Origin: an uncultured virus (IMG/VR IMGVR_UViG_3300046675_000363)
Taxonomy: Duplodnaviria; Heunggongvirae; Uroviricota; Caudoviricetes
IMG/VR virus record: IMGVR_UViG_3300046675_000363
Strand: one strand, 5' to 3'
Length of the DNA: 64,000 bases
Of this stretch, positions 43,122 through 54,129 are shown one piece after another. Within the stretch, counting starts at the first letter, position 1, and each line of letters opens with the position of its first letter. Position numbers and translations under genes: made by a program. The notes beneath the pieces were generated by a model that saw only the letters and a program-made list of their open reading frames with translations, was not told the origin of the DNA and did no database searches.

Positions 43122-45370
43122 TGGCAAACGTCCAGATCACGGGACTTCCCGCCACCCTCGCGCTTTCCGGCAATGAGACGGTGGAGATTGTGCAGGGCGG
43201 CGTCTCGATGAGCGCCACCACCAAGCAGATGGCTGCGCTGGCCGTTCCAGGTCCGATAGGGCCGACGGGGCTGAAGGGCGACAAAGGCGACAAGGGCGAC
43301 ACGGGCAACACCGGCCCGCAAGGCAATCAAGGCATCCAGGGCGTACCTGGCGCCGCTGGCAACGCCGGCGGCACGGACGGCCAGATCCAGTACAACAATG
43401 CCGGCCAGTTCAACGGCATGGTGGTCAGCGGCGACGGCTCATTGACCCGCGCCAGCCTCGGCGCTTTCACGCTGACCATCACCAAAACCAACAATGTGCC
43501 GTTCGGCCCCTATGCTACGGCGACGTCGCTTCCCCTGTTCACCAGCAGCGCCGCTGGCGCGGTCCCCGCGTCTGGCGGCGGCGCGACCAAGTTCTTGTGC
43601 GCGAACGCCACCTGGGTCGTGCCCGTGCCGGGCGCCGCCGGATCGAACGGCGACATCCAGATTAACAACGGCGGGGCGCTGGGCGCTGTGACGCCGAATG
43701 GCGCCGGCGCTCCGCTCGGCACCACGGGCGCAGTCAACGCCGTCTTCACGGGGGCGATCACTATTTCGGGCCTGCCCAGCGCAGGATCGGCGCTATTCCT
43801 CAACAAAGCCCAGGGCAATGGCAACAGCATAGTCGGCCAGGTGGCGGGAAGCTATCGCTGGCTCGCCCTTCTTGGCGATTCCGCAACCGAAACTGGCGGC
43901 GGCGCGGGGTCTAACTTTAGCCTGAACACCTACGGTGACGGTGGCGCTTACATTGGAACGCCGTTCGCGGTCAATCGCGTGTCTGGCTACGTGACGATCA
44001 ATGGCAATGGCGCGGCTAGTCCTGGTGTGCCAACCGGGGCGTTTGGTCACGCTTCGCTCAACATCAACAAAAATGGATCCGGCAAAGTCGCCAACATTAT
44101 CGGCTTGAACAATGGTTCGCCGCGCTGGGAGATTGACCTTGGCAGCACTGGGACAGAAAATGGCAGCAACGCCGGCTCTGATTTTTATGTGCATAGATTT
44201 AACGATGCTGGCGCCTATTTGGACTCCCCGTTCTCCATTAACCGCGCCAGTGGCGCTGTCACCTATTCGCAGCCAGTCAACTCGCCACTTGGGTTTACCG
44301 TTGGCTTAGGCACGGCGGTTCATGGTGATTCGATAGAAGTCGGCAGGCCAGGGCAAAACGCGGGGGCTTACCTCGACTTCCACTCCAGCGTGAACAACAA
44401 CGATTACGACGCCCGCATCATCGCCACCGGAGGCGCGGCGGCGGTGGGCGGCGCTACGTTGGCGGTGGTCGCCGCAGCGTTTAACGTCTCTGGCAATGGA
44501 TATTTTGGCGGTATTCTGAGCAGCGGCCCGATGTATATGAATGGCGCAGCTTTTAACTGGTACACGGGCGTTCAAGCAAATTATTTCTCTTTGTCTGATA
44601 GCGCAGGCAACGGCGGGCAGTATCGCGATATTAATTTCAGGGGTGTGGATAGCGCCAATACTGTTGCCGTAAACATGAACGCATTCAATGTGTATGCCAA
44701 TTCAGCTAATTTCTCCAACACCATTACTGCTGGCGGCACCATATCCGGCGGAAACCTCACGACGCCCAACACGGTGCAGGGAGGCTATGTGACCTCGACC
44801 GGAACCGTGAACGGGCTGACCGTTCAGGGAACCTACCTGTATTCGTCTGGAAATGTGGCAGGCGCTGGCACTATTGACGGCGCTCAAGGCACTGTTGGTC
44901 GACAGGGAGCAGGCGGCGCCGCTGGGCAAGCCATCTGCCTTTTCTGGGATGGCGCTCACTTGGCTAATTATGTCGGCGGGACGTTCGTCGGCTACACCCA
45001 GTATATTTCCGACTATCGCTTCAAGCGGAACGTCGCGCCGTTGCTATCGGTGTGGGATCGCGTCAAGGCGCTGAACCCGGTCAAATACAACCTCAAGGAC
45101 TTTTCGCCGGAAGGCTTCAAAAGCACATTGGAGGGCGATGACGGTCCATTAGTCGTCGGTGACACGAAAGAGCGTTGGGGTTTCCTCGCGCACGAGCTTC
45201 AAGCGGTGCTGATCGAAGACGCGGCGAGCGGCCTCAAGGATATCCCTAACCACATTCAGACGCCCAACCCGTGGACAGTGATTGCGGCGTTGACCAAGAC
45301 GTTGCAAGAAGCTATGGCGCGCATCGAGGAGCAGGACGCTCGCATCAGGATCCTGGAGGCCAGGGCATGA
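43121..45370 (+). CDS. Tail fibre 1 (collagen repeat; C-terminal peptidase S74 chaperone)
   Basis: Gly-X-Y run; SDYRFK..WGFLAHELQ..coiled coil. Confidence 0.9.
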   Translation: MANVQITGLPATLALSGNETVEIVQGGVSMSATTKQMAALAVPGPIGPTGLKGDKGDKGDTGNTGPQGNQGIQGVPGAAGNAGGTDGQIQYNNAGQFNGMVVSGDGSLTRASLGAFTLTITKTNNVPFGPYATATSLPLFTSSAAGAVPASGGGATKFLCANATWVVPVPGAAGSNGDIQINNGGALGAVTPNGAGAPLGTTGAVNAVFTGAITISGLPSAGSALFLNKAQGNGNSIVGQVAGSYRWLALLGDSATETGGGAGSNFSLNTYGDGGAYIGTPFAVNRVSGYVTINGNGAASPGVPTGAFGHASLNINKNGSGKVANIIGLNNGSPRWEIDLGSTGTENGSNAGSDFYVHRFNDAGAYLDSPFSINRASGAVTYSQPVNSPLGFTVGLGTAVHGDSIEVGRPGQNAGAYLDFHSSVNNNDYDARIIATGGAAAVGGATLAVVAAAFNVSGNGYFGGILSSGPMYMNGAAFNWYTGVQANYFSLSDSAGNGGQYRDINFRGVDSANTVAVNMNAFNVYANSANFSNTITAGGTISGGNLTTPNTVQGGYVTSTGTVNGLTVQGTYLYSSGNVAGAGTIDGAQGTVGRQGAGGAAGQAICLFWDGAHLANYVGGTFVGYTQYISDYRFKRNVAPLLSVWDRVKALNPVKYNLKDFSPEGFKSTLEGDDGPLVVGDTKERWGFLAHELQAVLIEDAASGLKDIPNHIQTPNPWTVIAALTKTLQEAMARIEEQDARIRILEARA

Positions 45371-46074
45371 GCGCCGCAGACATTCTCAACCTTCCCGTCG
45401 CCATTGGTCTTTCGGGCGAGGAGTACATCGAGGTCGTCCAGGGCGGAACGCTCCATCGCGCCACGGTCAAGCATTTCAGCAAGCGGCTGCTGGAAGGATC
45501 GATTCCCAATGGCGTCCTCGCGCTGGATGGCCGCGAGGGGCCGCCGGGAGGCGCGGGTCCGCCTGGCCCGCCAGGGCCTGATGGTCCGCCTGGCCCGCCG
45601 GGGCCACGGGGAGGGCAGGGTGAGCCTGGTCCGTTCGGGCCGACCTTCACGCCGGCGTCTGGCGCGGTCATCCGCTCGTGGTCCGTCTATGACAGCAACC
45701 AGCATGTGATCAAAGAACGCTACATGCTGGGCGGTGATTTTCAGAAGAAGAATTTCTACCCGCAACTGATGCTCGCGCCCGCCGTGTCGGCGCTCGGCAA
45801 TCGGCTGCGGCTGCGGGCCAAGATCTGGTGCGTGGGCACGGACAGCGATTGCGCGATCAATGGCGGCATGTTTCTGAACGGCGAGAAGGCGGTGAGCGTC
45901 GCGCATGCTCTTGCCGACGCGCCGCTGCTGTTCGACTGTGAGATCACTCCGACCGTTCTGACGGCGCAGATGTTCTCCTTTTGTGTTGGCGCGGCTCTTG
46001 CCAACGCTGATTGCATCATCAACATGCCTCGGCTGGTTCAGAGTTGCCTCGTCATCGAGGAGATCCAAGCGTGA
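45367..46074 (+). CDS. Short collagen-containing fibre protein
   Basis: Shared N-terminal anchor; GPP repeats; ATGA coupling. Confidence 0.8.
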   Translation: MSAADILNLPVAIGLSGEEYIEVVQGGTLHRATVKHFSKRLLEGSIPNGVLALDGREGPPGGAGPPGPPGPDGPPGPPGPRGGQGEPGPFGPTFTPASGAVIRSWSVYDSNQHVIKERYMLGGDFQKKNFYPQLMLAPAVSALGNRLRLRAKIWCVGTDSDCAINGGMFLNGEKAVSVAHALADAPLLFDCEITPTVLTAQMFSFCVGAALANADCIINMPRLVQSCLVIEEIQA

Positions 46075-49000
46075 GTAATGTCCAGATCCCGAACTTGCCT
46101 GCCGCCGGCGCTTTGATTGGCACGGAGCAAATGGAGCTTGTGCAGGCCGGCGTCTCGGTGCGCGCCACGGTGTCGCAGCTTATTGAAGACGCTCACGTTC
46201 CGTTGCCAGCTACCAACCTGCCGCTGATGAACGGCGGCGCGTCGGTGGGCGCCGAGCAGACCTACTCGCGCGGTGATCACATCCATCCGACCGACACCAC
46301 GCGCTATGCCGTATCGAATCCGGCGGGTTACCAGACGGCGGCGCAAGTCACGGCTGCGCTGGGGCCTTACGCTCTGATTGACAGCCAGGCGTTTACTGGA
46401 ACGCCTTCGATGCCGACTGGCGCTACGGGCGTTACGCAGACGGCGGCTGATAGCTCGACCAAACTGGCGACCACGGCTTTCGTCAAGGCCCAGGGCTACG
46501 CGCCGACGGCGTCCCTGGGAACGATGTCCACTCAGAACGCCAACGCGGTGGCGATCACCGGCGGCGCTATCAATGGGACGACCGTCGGAGCCACCACGCC
46601 CAGCACCGGCGCATTCACCAATCTGTCGGCGTCAGGTACGGTTTCCGGCGCCGGCTTTACTGCGTTGCTGGCTCCTTATGCGACGACGGCGTCCCTGGGG
46701 ACGATGTCCACCCAGAACGCCAATGCAGTGGCGATCACCGGCGGCGCAATCAACAGCACGACCGTCGGCGCGACCACGGCGAGCACGGGCGCTTTCACCA
46801 CACTGAGCGCCTCTGGCGTGGTGTCGGGTGCTGGATTCACCACGCTGCTGAACCCCTATGCTTTGGTCAATTCACAGGTGTTTACTGGAACGCCGTCGCT
46901 GCCGACCGGCACGATTGGCGTGACGCAGGCGGCGCTCAATAATTCGACCAAACTCGCCACCACGGCTTATGTCGATGGCGCGATCACGGTGTTGGGCCTC
47001 GGCACGATGGCCGCGCAGAACGCCAACGCGGTCGCGATCACGGGCGGCGCCATCAACAACACGGCGATTGGCGCGACGACGCGCAGCAGCGGCGCTTTCA
47101 CCACGCTGGCGGCCAATGGCGCGGCGACCTTCACATCCTCGCTGACGGCTTCGCCGGCCAGCGCCAATGTCGTTCTTTCGCCAACCGGCACTGGCACGGT
47201 TACGATCAATCCGGCCACGCTCGGCCACGTCGACAATACGGCGATCGGCGCGACGACGGCGAGCACCGGCGCGTTCACCACGCTGGTCGCGACGTCGATC
47301 AACAGCACTCCCATTGGCGCGACGACACCCAGCACCGGCGCTTTCACCACTTTGAGCGCCACCGGCACGGCGACCTTCACAGGCGCGCTGACGGCATCGC
47401 CTGCGAACTTGTCGGTCACGTTCTCGCCCACCGGCACTGGCACGGTCACCATCAATCCGGCGACGCTTGGCACGATCAACAATATGACGATCGGCGCCAC
47501 CACGGCGGCGGCTGGCACTTTCACCAATCTGACCGCGACCGGTACGGTGGGCGGCGCTGGTTTCACCACGCTGTTGACGCCTTACGCGCTGGTCAATTCG
47601 CAAGTCTTCACCGGGACGCCGTCGCTGCCGACCGGCACCATTGGCGTGACGCAGGCAGCGGCCACCAATAACACGACGCTGGCCACCACGGCCTATGTGA
47701 AGTCGCAGAACTATCTGACCGCCAACCAGAGCATTGCGCTTACCGGCGACGTCACGGGTTCTGGGACCACATCGATCGCCTCGACGGTCGTCCAGCTTCA
47801 GGGCCGTCCGCTGTCGGCTTCTCTGCCCGCCAGCGGCAATCTGATGGGCTGGAACGGCACGACATGGGGGCCGGTTGCGGCTGGCGCGGCTGCGGCTGGC
47901 GGCACCGCCAATCAGATCCAGTATAACAACGGCGGCGTCCTCGGCGGCCTCCCCACCACCGGCACTTTTGCTAGCAGCAATGTGGTGATGAGCATCGCGC
48001 CGACGCTCACCAATTCGCTCAATATCACGGGCGCGGCGTCGAACGATTCCACGCTCGTGATGAACAAGTCGGCGTCCTTGCAGCAATGCCGGATTAATGC
48101 GCAGATGGGCGGCGTCTCTCGCTGGCAGATGATGCTTGGCGATACGACGGCGGAAGGCGGCAGCAACGCCGGTTCCGATTTTACCCTGTCCCGCTTTACC
48201 GATGCAGGCGGCGCGCTCGACAGCCCGCTCAAAATCATTCGCTCGACCGGCGTTGCGACTTTCACGCAGGCGTTGTTTTCAGCCAACCACACAATCACAG
48301 GCGCAGCGGGCAACAACGCCGCTGTGATCGTAAACAAGGCTGCGGCTGGGTTTTACAGCGGCATCGACGGACAGACTGCTGGGTCAAGGCGCTGGCTGAT
48401 GATGCTCGGCAACGCCACGGCGGAAGGCGGTAGCAACGCCGGTTCAGATTTTATGATCAACCGGTATACTGATGCGGCTGGTTTTATTGACACGCCTTTG
48501 ACGATCACGCGCTCAAGCGGCGACGCCACATTTTCTGCTGGTCTTTACGTTCTCAATTCAGCAGTCACCGCCAAACAGATTGTGATCAATGGCGCGGCGC
48601 TCGGCAGCGTCGCGGGCAACATTCAAACTGTTTTTGGGGCAGGATCGACCACCACCAATGGAGAGCAACTGCGCATTGAGGTACAGCGCAAGTCGGCAGG
48701 CTCCGACTGGACGACTGCCGCTTGGCAGACTTATCGCATCGTCGATGGCTCTAAGATGGGTTACGTCGAATATGGCAGTCAGTCTGTCAAGCCGATAGCT
48801 TTCGGCACCGGCACAACCGAGCTTGCGTCGATCAGCAACACGGGCGTTTTCACAGCCGCGTCAACGCTTGTAGGCACAGGCGCTGTGTTAAATGCTCCAG
48901 CCGCCACCGATTCCGTGCTGTGGCTAAACAAACCGGCGTCTGGTCGAGCCAGCGCAGTTTATGGGCAGATGGCTGCAAGCAATCGCTGGGCGATGTCGCT

Positions 49001-50363
49001 TGGCGACACGGCGACTGAAAGCGGCAGCAATGTCGGGTGCAACTATGTGTTGTCCACCTTCACTGACGCTGGAGCTTTTTTAGGCAATCCGCTCACCGTC
49101 TTTCGTGCCAGCGGCTATATGTATTTTAACGGCAACGGCGCGACGGCCATCCCGCAAAGCTATGAGACTGCGCCTTACGGCCACATGGCGCTGCGGATGA
49201 ACAAGTCTGGGTCCACCAAGACGAATGTCATATCCGGCCACCTTAATGGCGTAGTTCGATGGACCTTTGAGCTTGGTAATACGACTGCTGAAACCGGCAC
49301 CGGAAATACGGGGTCTGATTTTTCGATTGGCCGCTACAGCGATGCTGGCGTTGGCCTTGACGCTCCTCTATCTATTGCTCGTTCAACCGGCTTTGCCACT
49401 TTCACAAAAACCTTAACCGTACAAAGTTTCGACAACTTAGGTCAGATTCGTCTCGTTGGTGGAAATTACGGCGCTGGCATACGCAATGATGGCGCAAGCT
49501 GTTACCTCTTGCAGACTGCGGTGAGCGATCAGTATGGGGCATTCAACAGCGCGCGTCCGTTTTCTTGGAACTTGTCCAACGGCACTGTGCAGATCGACGG
49601 CGGCGCTGCTGGAACTACATTTGGCGGCCCCATAACTACAACAGGTCAAATATTCACTAGCGGCGGCATAATAGGCGCCGGTATTTACGCTTCTGGCGGT
49701 CAGATGACCGTACAATCTAGCGGCGCGCCCGGCTTCATCAACCAGTGCGACAGTTCGGGCAACGGTGGGCAGTTCAGAAATTTAACGATACGCGGGCTTG
49801 ATTCCGCCTATTCGGCACAAGTCAATCTGAGCGCGATCACTGCTGCTTCTGCTCTTTTTACGTGCAACGGGGTAATAGACGCCATAAATGGTTTTCGGTG
49901 CCGCCTTGGCGCTCCTGGTGGCGCGCTGGGATCGAACGTGTTCAGCTATTATTGGAACACCGACAACCATCTCTACGGCTCCGTGGACTCCACCAATCTG
50001 GGCTGGATCGCGTGGTCTTCCGATTATCGCATCAAGCGGGACATTGCGCCGCTGCCGTCGATGTGGGAACAAGTCAAGGCGCTGAAGCCAATCAGTTATT
50101 TTCATAAGGATTGGACGCCTGAATGGGCGGCGTCGAAAGAAAACGGCGATGCGCCCGATCCACTGTTCAGGGACGACGGCGTAGAGAACTGGGGCTTCGT
50201 CGCGCACGAGCTTCAAGAGACGCTAATCCAGAGCGCGGCGACCGGCGTCAAAGATGAAGCCGGTCTGGTGCAGGCGCCCAACCCGTGGACGGTGATCGCA
50301 ACGCTGACCAAGGCGCTGCAAGAGGCAATGGCGCGCATCGAGGCGCTGGAGGCAAGAGCATGA
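46071..50363 (+). CDS. Tail fibre 2 (long; C-terminal peptidase S74 chaperone)
   Basis: GTG start after GAGGAG; NANAVAITGG and ATTAYV repeats; SDYRIK..WGFVAHELQ. Confidence 0.9.
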   Translation: MSNVQIPNLPAAGALIGTEQMELVQAGVSVRATVSQLIEDAHVPLPATNLPLMNGGASVGAEQTYSRGDHIHPTDTTRYAVSNPAGYQTAAQVTAALGPYALIDSQAFTGTPSMPTGATGVTQTAADSSTKLATTAFVKAQGYAPTASLGTMSTQNANAVAITGGAINGTTVGATTPSTGAFTNLSASGTVSGAGFTALLAPYATTASLGTMSTQNANAVAITGGAINSTTVGATTASTGAFTTLSASGVVSGAGFTTLLNPYALVNSQVFTGTPSLPTGTIGVTQAALNNSTKLATTAYVDGAITVLGLGTMAAQNANAVAITGGAINNTAIGATTRSSGAFTTLAANGAATFTSSLTASPASANVVLSPTGTGTVTINPATLGHVDNTAIGATTASTGAFTTLVATSINSTPIGATTPSTGAFTTLSATGTATFTGALTASPANLSVTFSPTGTGTVTINPATLGTINNMTIGATTAAAGTFTNLTATGTVGGAGFTTLLTPYALVNSQVFTGTPSLPTGTIGVTQAAATNNTTLATTAYVKSQNYLTANQSIALTGDVTGSGTTSIASTVVQLQGRPLSASLPASGNLMGWNGTTWGPVAAGAAAAGGTANQIQYNNGGVLGGLPTTGTFASSNVVMSIAPTLTNSLNITGAASNDSTLVMNKSASLQQCRINAQMGGVSRWQMMLGDTTAEGGSNAGSDFTLSRFTDAGGALDSPLKIIRSTGVATFTQALFSANHTITGAAGNNAAVIVNKAAAGFYSGIDGQTAGSRRWLMMLGNATAEGGSNAGSDFMINRYTDAAGFIDTPLTITRSSGDATFSAGLYVLNSAVTAKQIVINGAALGSVAGNIQTVFGAGSTTTNGEQLRIEVQRKSAGSDWTTAAWQTYRIVDGSKMGYVEYGSQSVKPIAFGTGTTELASISNTGVFTAASTLVGTGAVLNAPAATDSVLWLNKPASGRASAVYGQMAASNRWAMSLGDTATESGSNVGCNYVLSTFTDAGAFLGNPLTVFRASGYMYFNGNGATAIPQSYETAPYGHMALRMNKSGSTKTNVISGHLNGVVRWTFELGNTTAETGTGNTGSDFSIGRYSDAGVGLDAPLSIARSTGFATFTKTLTVQSFDNLGQIRLVGGNYGAGIRNDGASCYLLQTAVSDQYGAFNSARPFSWNLSNGTVQIDGGAAGTTFGGPITTTGQIFTSGGIIGAGIYASGGQMTVQSSGAPGFINQCDSSGNGGQFRNLTIRGLDSAYSAQVNLSAITAASALFTCNGVIDAINGFRCRLGAPGGALGSNVFSYYWNTDNHLYGSVDSTNLGWIAWSSDYRIKRDIAPLPSMWEQVKALKPISYFHKDWTPEWAASKENGDAPDPLFRDDGVENWGFVAHELQETLIQSAATGVKDEAGLVQAPNPWTVIATLTKALQEAMARIEALEARA

Positions 50364-50965
50364 CAATTGACAGAGAGTTTTTCTTCAACACCGTCCGCGA
50401 CGAACTGTTCAGCGGCGGGATGGCGCAATCCCAGGTGGACGGCATGAACAATCTGCTCAACATTTGGGAGGCCGACTATGCCGCCGCCAATCCGCGCGAC
50501 GGCAAGATGTGGCTGTCCTACGGGCTGGCGACCGTTTACCACGAGAGCGCGCAGACCATGCAGCCGATCGAGGAGTACGGCAAGGGCGAGGGCCACAGCT
50601 ATGCCGACCCGGATGGTCCCTATGGCGAGTCTTATTACGGGCGCGGCCACGTTCAGTTGACGTGGTTCGAAAACTACGAGAAGGGCGAAAAGGTCTTCAA
50701 GGAAAAGTTCGATCGCAATGTCCCGATGGTCAAATATCCGCATCGCATGCTGGAGGAGGAAACCTCGGCGGTGATCCTGTTCGAAGGCATGATTGATGGC
50801 TGGTTCACCGGCGTCGGCCTGCCCGACTTCTTCAGCGCCGAAGAGGGCGAGGAAGATCCCTACAACGCCCGCAAGATCATCAACGGCCTCGACAAAGCTT
50901 CGACCATCGAGGGCTATTATTGGCAGTTCAAAGGCGCAATTCGAGATGCGGAAAGCAGTGTTTAA
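50360..50965 (+). CDS. Endolysin, glycoside hydrolase family 19
   Basis: LATVYHES, PIEEYG, YYGRGHVQLTWFENY, NARKIING. Confidence 0.9.
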   Translation: MTIDREFFFNTVRDELFSGGMAQSQVDGMNNLLNIWEADYAAANPRDGKMWLSYGLATVYHESAQTMQPIEEYGKGEGHSYADPDGPYGESYYGRGHVQLTWFENYEKGEKVFKEKFDRNVPMVKYPHRMLEEETSAVILFEGMIDGWFTGVGLPDFFSAEEGEEDPYNARKIINGLDKASTIEGYYWQFKGAIRDAESSV

Positions 50966-51170
50966 TGGATCGGTCATCGTCGCCGTCCTGACTGCCGCAG
51001 CCAACGGCTCCATCGAGTGGCCGGGGGTTCTCGTCACGCCTGAACATATCGTGCAGATCCAGAAGGTGCTGTTCGCCGCCTTGAGCGTCTGGGCGGTTGC
51101 ATTGCCTTTTATCTTGAAGGCGAGCAATGCTATTGATGATGCTGCCGCTCGAAAGGAGCCGCCGCTATGA
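50946..51170 (+). CDS. Putative holin
   Basis: 74 aa, two hydrophobic segments, charged C-terminus, overlaps the endolysin gene. Confidence 0.55.
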   Translation: MRKAVFNGSVIVAVLTAAANGSIEWPGVLVTPEHIVQIQKVLFAALSVWAVALPFILKASNAIDDAAARKEPPL

Positions 51171-51952
51171 CGACAACCAATCCGCTCACCTATAGCGGCT
51201 ACATCAGGTCCATCGCAGCCCTGGCCGTCATCCCAACAGAGATCGATGCTGCTTCAGGGCAGTACAAGTTTAGCGAACCGAACCTCGCGATCGTGACCCC
51301 GCAGATGTTGAGCTACGCGGAGTTGCGCATCCAGCGCGACCTCGACCTGGTGGCGGGCCAGACGCAATTGACCTACACCTTGACCAGCGGGGCCTCGCTG
51401 ATGGTCGTCCCCAACGAAGACATGATCATCGTGCAGGACATATCTTTGAAAGGCGTCGACAGCAAGAAAACGACCGTTCTTACGCCGACCACGAGAGAGT
51501 TTCTCATGCTCGTGTACCCCGACGCCACGGTAACAGGCGTCCCGAAATACTTCGCTCCCTATGTTGGAAATGTCGCGCCCGATTCAGCTTTGGCTGTCAC
51601 CTACCGGATCGGCCCTGCGGCGGACCAAGGCTATGAGGCCACAGTCCTTGGCTCGGCCAGGATGCAGTCGCTGGCGCAGTTCGCCGCATCCGCGCCGAAC
51701 GCCAATAATGTGACCTATGTTTCGACCTACCATCCCGATCTTTTGCTGATGGCGAGCATGGTCTTTCTCAGCGCGTATCAGCGCAATTTCAGTTCTTCTG
51801 GCTCCGATCCGCAGATGCCGATTAATTACGAAACGCAGTACCAGACGCTGCTCAAGAGTTCGATGATGGAGGAGCTACGCAAACGGTTCCGCATGGTGCC
51901 TGGGGCGGCGGAAGCGGCGGCCCCGCCGGCGCCGCCGCCTGGGGGAGGCTGA
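51167..51952 (+). CDS. Tail adaptor protein
   Basis: YAELRIQRDLDL, G.PKYFA, IGPAADQGY, PDLLLMAS. Confidence 0.8.
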   Translation: MTTTNPLTYSGYIRSIAALAVIPTEIDAASGQYKFSEPNLAIVTPQMLSYAELRIQRDLDLVAGQTQLTYTLTSGASLMVVPNEDMIIVQDISLKGVDSKKTTVLTPTTREFLMLVYPDATVTGVPKYFAPYVGNVAPDSALAVTYRIGPAADQGYEATVLGSARMQSLAQFAASAPNANNVTYVSTYHPDLLLMASMVFLSAYQRNFSSSGSDPQMPINYETQYQTLLKSSMMEELRKRFRMVPGAAEAAAPPAPPPGGG

Positions 51953-51955
51953 TCC

Positions 51956-54127
51956 ATGCCGCATGCAACTCTCAAGATCGAACCCGGCGTCAACACTAAC
52001 GAGACGCCTGTTCTCAACATGGCGGGCATCGCGGCCTGCAATTTGATCCGTTTCAAGTATGACCCGCACAATATGGGCTTGGTCGAGAAACTGGGCGGCT
52101 GGTCGAAATTTTACAGCGGCGCTTTCTCAAATGTCGTCCGCCACATCTATGCATGGCAGGAAATTGATAGCGACAAGTTTGCAGTCGTCGGGATGGAGGG
52201 CCTCGGTGGCGTCACGCTGCTGCCCGCCATTCCCAAGCTAGATCCTGTTACGGGCGCCAACACGGGTTTTTACGTAGCCGACGTCAACAACGTAAAAGAC
52301 CTGACGCCTGTTTTCAGGCACTCGAATTTGACGCCGCAGTTTCACACGACCATCAATTCTCCGCTGGTGGACATCAACGACACAACTCTCGTCGGCATCC
52401 ACACCACTGATTCGGTCTACATCGCGACCCACATCGCTGTCGGCGGCATTGTCTTGTTCGGTCAGTACGCCATCCAGAAAACGCTGTCCTTCACTGAGTT
52501 TCTGATCCAGTCCTCTACGCTCCTCGGCCTGCCCAATCCTGCGCTATCAACGGCGACCACGACGTCAGGCGCGCCAGGGTTGCCGATCTTCACTCCGATC
52601 GTGAGCAGCTACGAGGTGACGGTCACTCTGCCCAACCACGGCTATCAGGTTGGCGACGTGTTTCCCCTTCTTGTGCCAGTGACACTGGCCAGCACCGTCC
52701 TCCAAATTGGCGAGCACGAGGTTCGCGCTGTCGCTGACGCCAACAATTTCACCATCCTCGCGGATGATGTGTCTAGCTCCGCAACGCCAGTAACGCTGAA
52801 CGGCGGCAACGTGCGCCTGATCTACAACATTGGCGGCGTTCCCGCCAAGATCGTCAGCGGCTATGGCGCCGGCGGCTACGGCGAAGGCGGTTACGGCACT
52901 GGCGGCACGACTGTGGTTCCGACGGGCGACGTCGTCAACGCTACCGACTGGGCCTTCGACAATTGGGGCAGCGTCCTGCTCGCCAGCCCTGAAAATCAGG
53001 TGGTCAATAATATTCCCACGTCGGGGATCTACCAGTGGACGCCTGACGTAGGCACGTCGGTTCTCGCGTTGATTGCGCAGGCGCCGCCCTGCAATGACGG
53101 CTTTTTCGTCGGCATGCCGCAGCGCCAGATCATCGCGTGGGGGTCGAGCTTCAGCGGCATTCCAGATCCGCTGCTGATCCGCTGGTGCGACGTCAACGAC
53201 TACACGGCTTGGGCGGCGACGATCACCAACCAGGCCGGCTCTTACCGCCTGCCGAAAGGCTCCAAGATCGTGGCCGGCATCCAGGGGCCGCAGCAGGGCA
53301 TCATCTTCACCGACCTGGCCGTCTGGGCCATGCAGTATGTCGGCCAGCCTTACATCTATTCGTTTAACGAAATTGGCAACGGTTGCGGTCTGATCGGGCA
53401 GAAAGCGGCGACGTCGCTCAACGGCACGATTTACTGGATGAGCCAGCGCCAGTTCTTCCAGCTTTCGGGCGGCGGCGTCGCGCCGATCCCCTGCCCCGTT
53501 TGGGACGTCGTCTTTCAAAATATCGATCGGCGCTATTATGACAAGATCCGCGTCGCGCCCAACTCGATGTTCAACGAGATCGCCTGGTATTATACGTCCA
53601 ACAGTTCACCAGACGGCGAGAACGACGCCTATATCAAGTTCAACTACCTGTTGAACACCTGGGACTATGGCTTGATGGCGCGCTCGGCCTGGATCAACCA
53701 GAGCGTCGTCGGGCCGCCGCTCGCTGCGGGCCGCAGTGTTTTCGACGGCAAGATCCGCCTGTACCAGCATGACATCGCCCTCGACGCCGATGGCCAGCCG
53801 ATGGATTCGTGGTTCTCTACGGGCTATTTCTCCATGTCGGACGGAGACAGCAAAGTCTTTGTCGATGAAATATGGCCTGATTTTAAGTGGGGGCCTTACA
53901 ACAATCCGAACCAGAACGCCGGCGTCAAACTGACCTTCACGGCCAAGGATTTTCCAAGCCAGCAGCCGCAGATGTCCAATGCGTTTACGTTCAAGGTTGA
54001 TTCGACCTACGTCACGCCGCGCCTGCGCGGACGCTTGATGCAGGTCACGATAGGAAGCAATGACGTTGGATCGTTCTGGCGCGTGGGCGGCATGCGCTAT
54101 CGGCTGGCCCCAGACGGGAAATACTGA
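51956..54127 (+). CDS. Tail hub/nozzle protein (P22 gp10 / tubular B-like) with inserted beta domain
   Basis: EKLGGW, WAFDNWG, DPLLIRWCD, NQAGSYRL..GSKI, PIPCPV, R.RGR, PDGK end. Confidence 0.85.
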   Translation: MPHATLKIEPGVNTNETPVLNMAGIAACNLIRFKYDPHNMGLVEKLGGWSKFYSGAFSNVVRHIYAWQEIDSDKFAVVGMEGLGGVTLLPAIPKLDPVTGANTGFYVADVNNVKDLTPVFRHSNLTPQFHTTINSPLVDINDTTLVGIHTTDSVYIATHIAVGGIVLFGQYAIQKTLSFTEFLIQSSTLLGLPNPALSTATTTSGAPGLPIFTPIVSSYEVTVTLPNHGYQVGDVFPLLVPVTLASTVLQIGEHEVRAVADANNFTILADDVSSSATPVTLNGGNVRLIYNIGGVPAKIVSGYGAGGYGEGGYGTGGTTVVPTGDVVNATDWAFDNWGSVLLASPENQVVNNIPTSGIYQWTPDVGTSVLALIAQAPPCNDGFFVGMPQRQIIAWGSSFSGIPDPLLIRWCDVNDYTAWAATITNQAGSYRLPKGSKIVAGIQGPQQGIIFTDLAVWAMQYVGQPYIYSFNEIGNGCGLIGQKAATSLNGTIYWMSQRQFFQLSGGGVAPIPCPVWDVVFQNIDRRYYDKIRVAPNSMFNEIAWYYTSNSSPDGENDAYIKFNYLLNTWDYGLMARSAWINQSVVGPPLAAGRSVFDGKIRLYQHDIALDADGQPMDSWFSTGYFSMSDGDSKVFVDEIWPDFKWGPYNNPNQNAGVKLTFTAKDFPSQQPQMSNAFTFKVDSTYVTPRLRGRLMQVTIGSNDVGSFWRVGGMRYRLAPDGKY

Positions 54128-54129
54128 CG

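Noticed and set aside
45000..50363. Similar fibre C-termini as DGR template/variable repeats
   Set aside because: No reverse transcriptase in the window; differences are not adenine-specific; both copies are coding S74 domains
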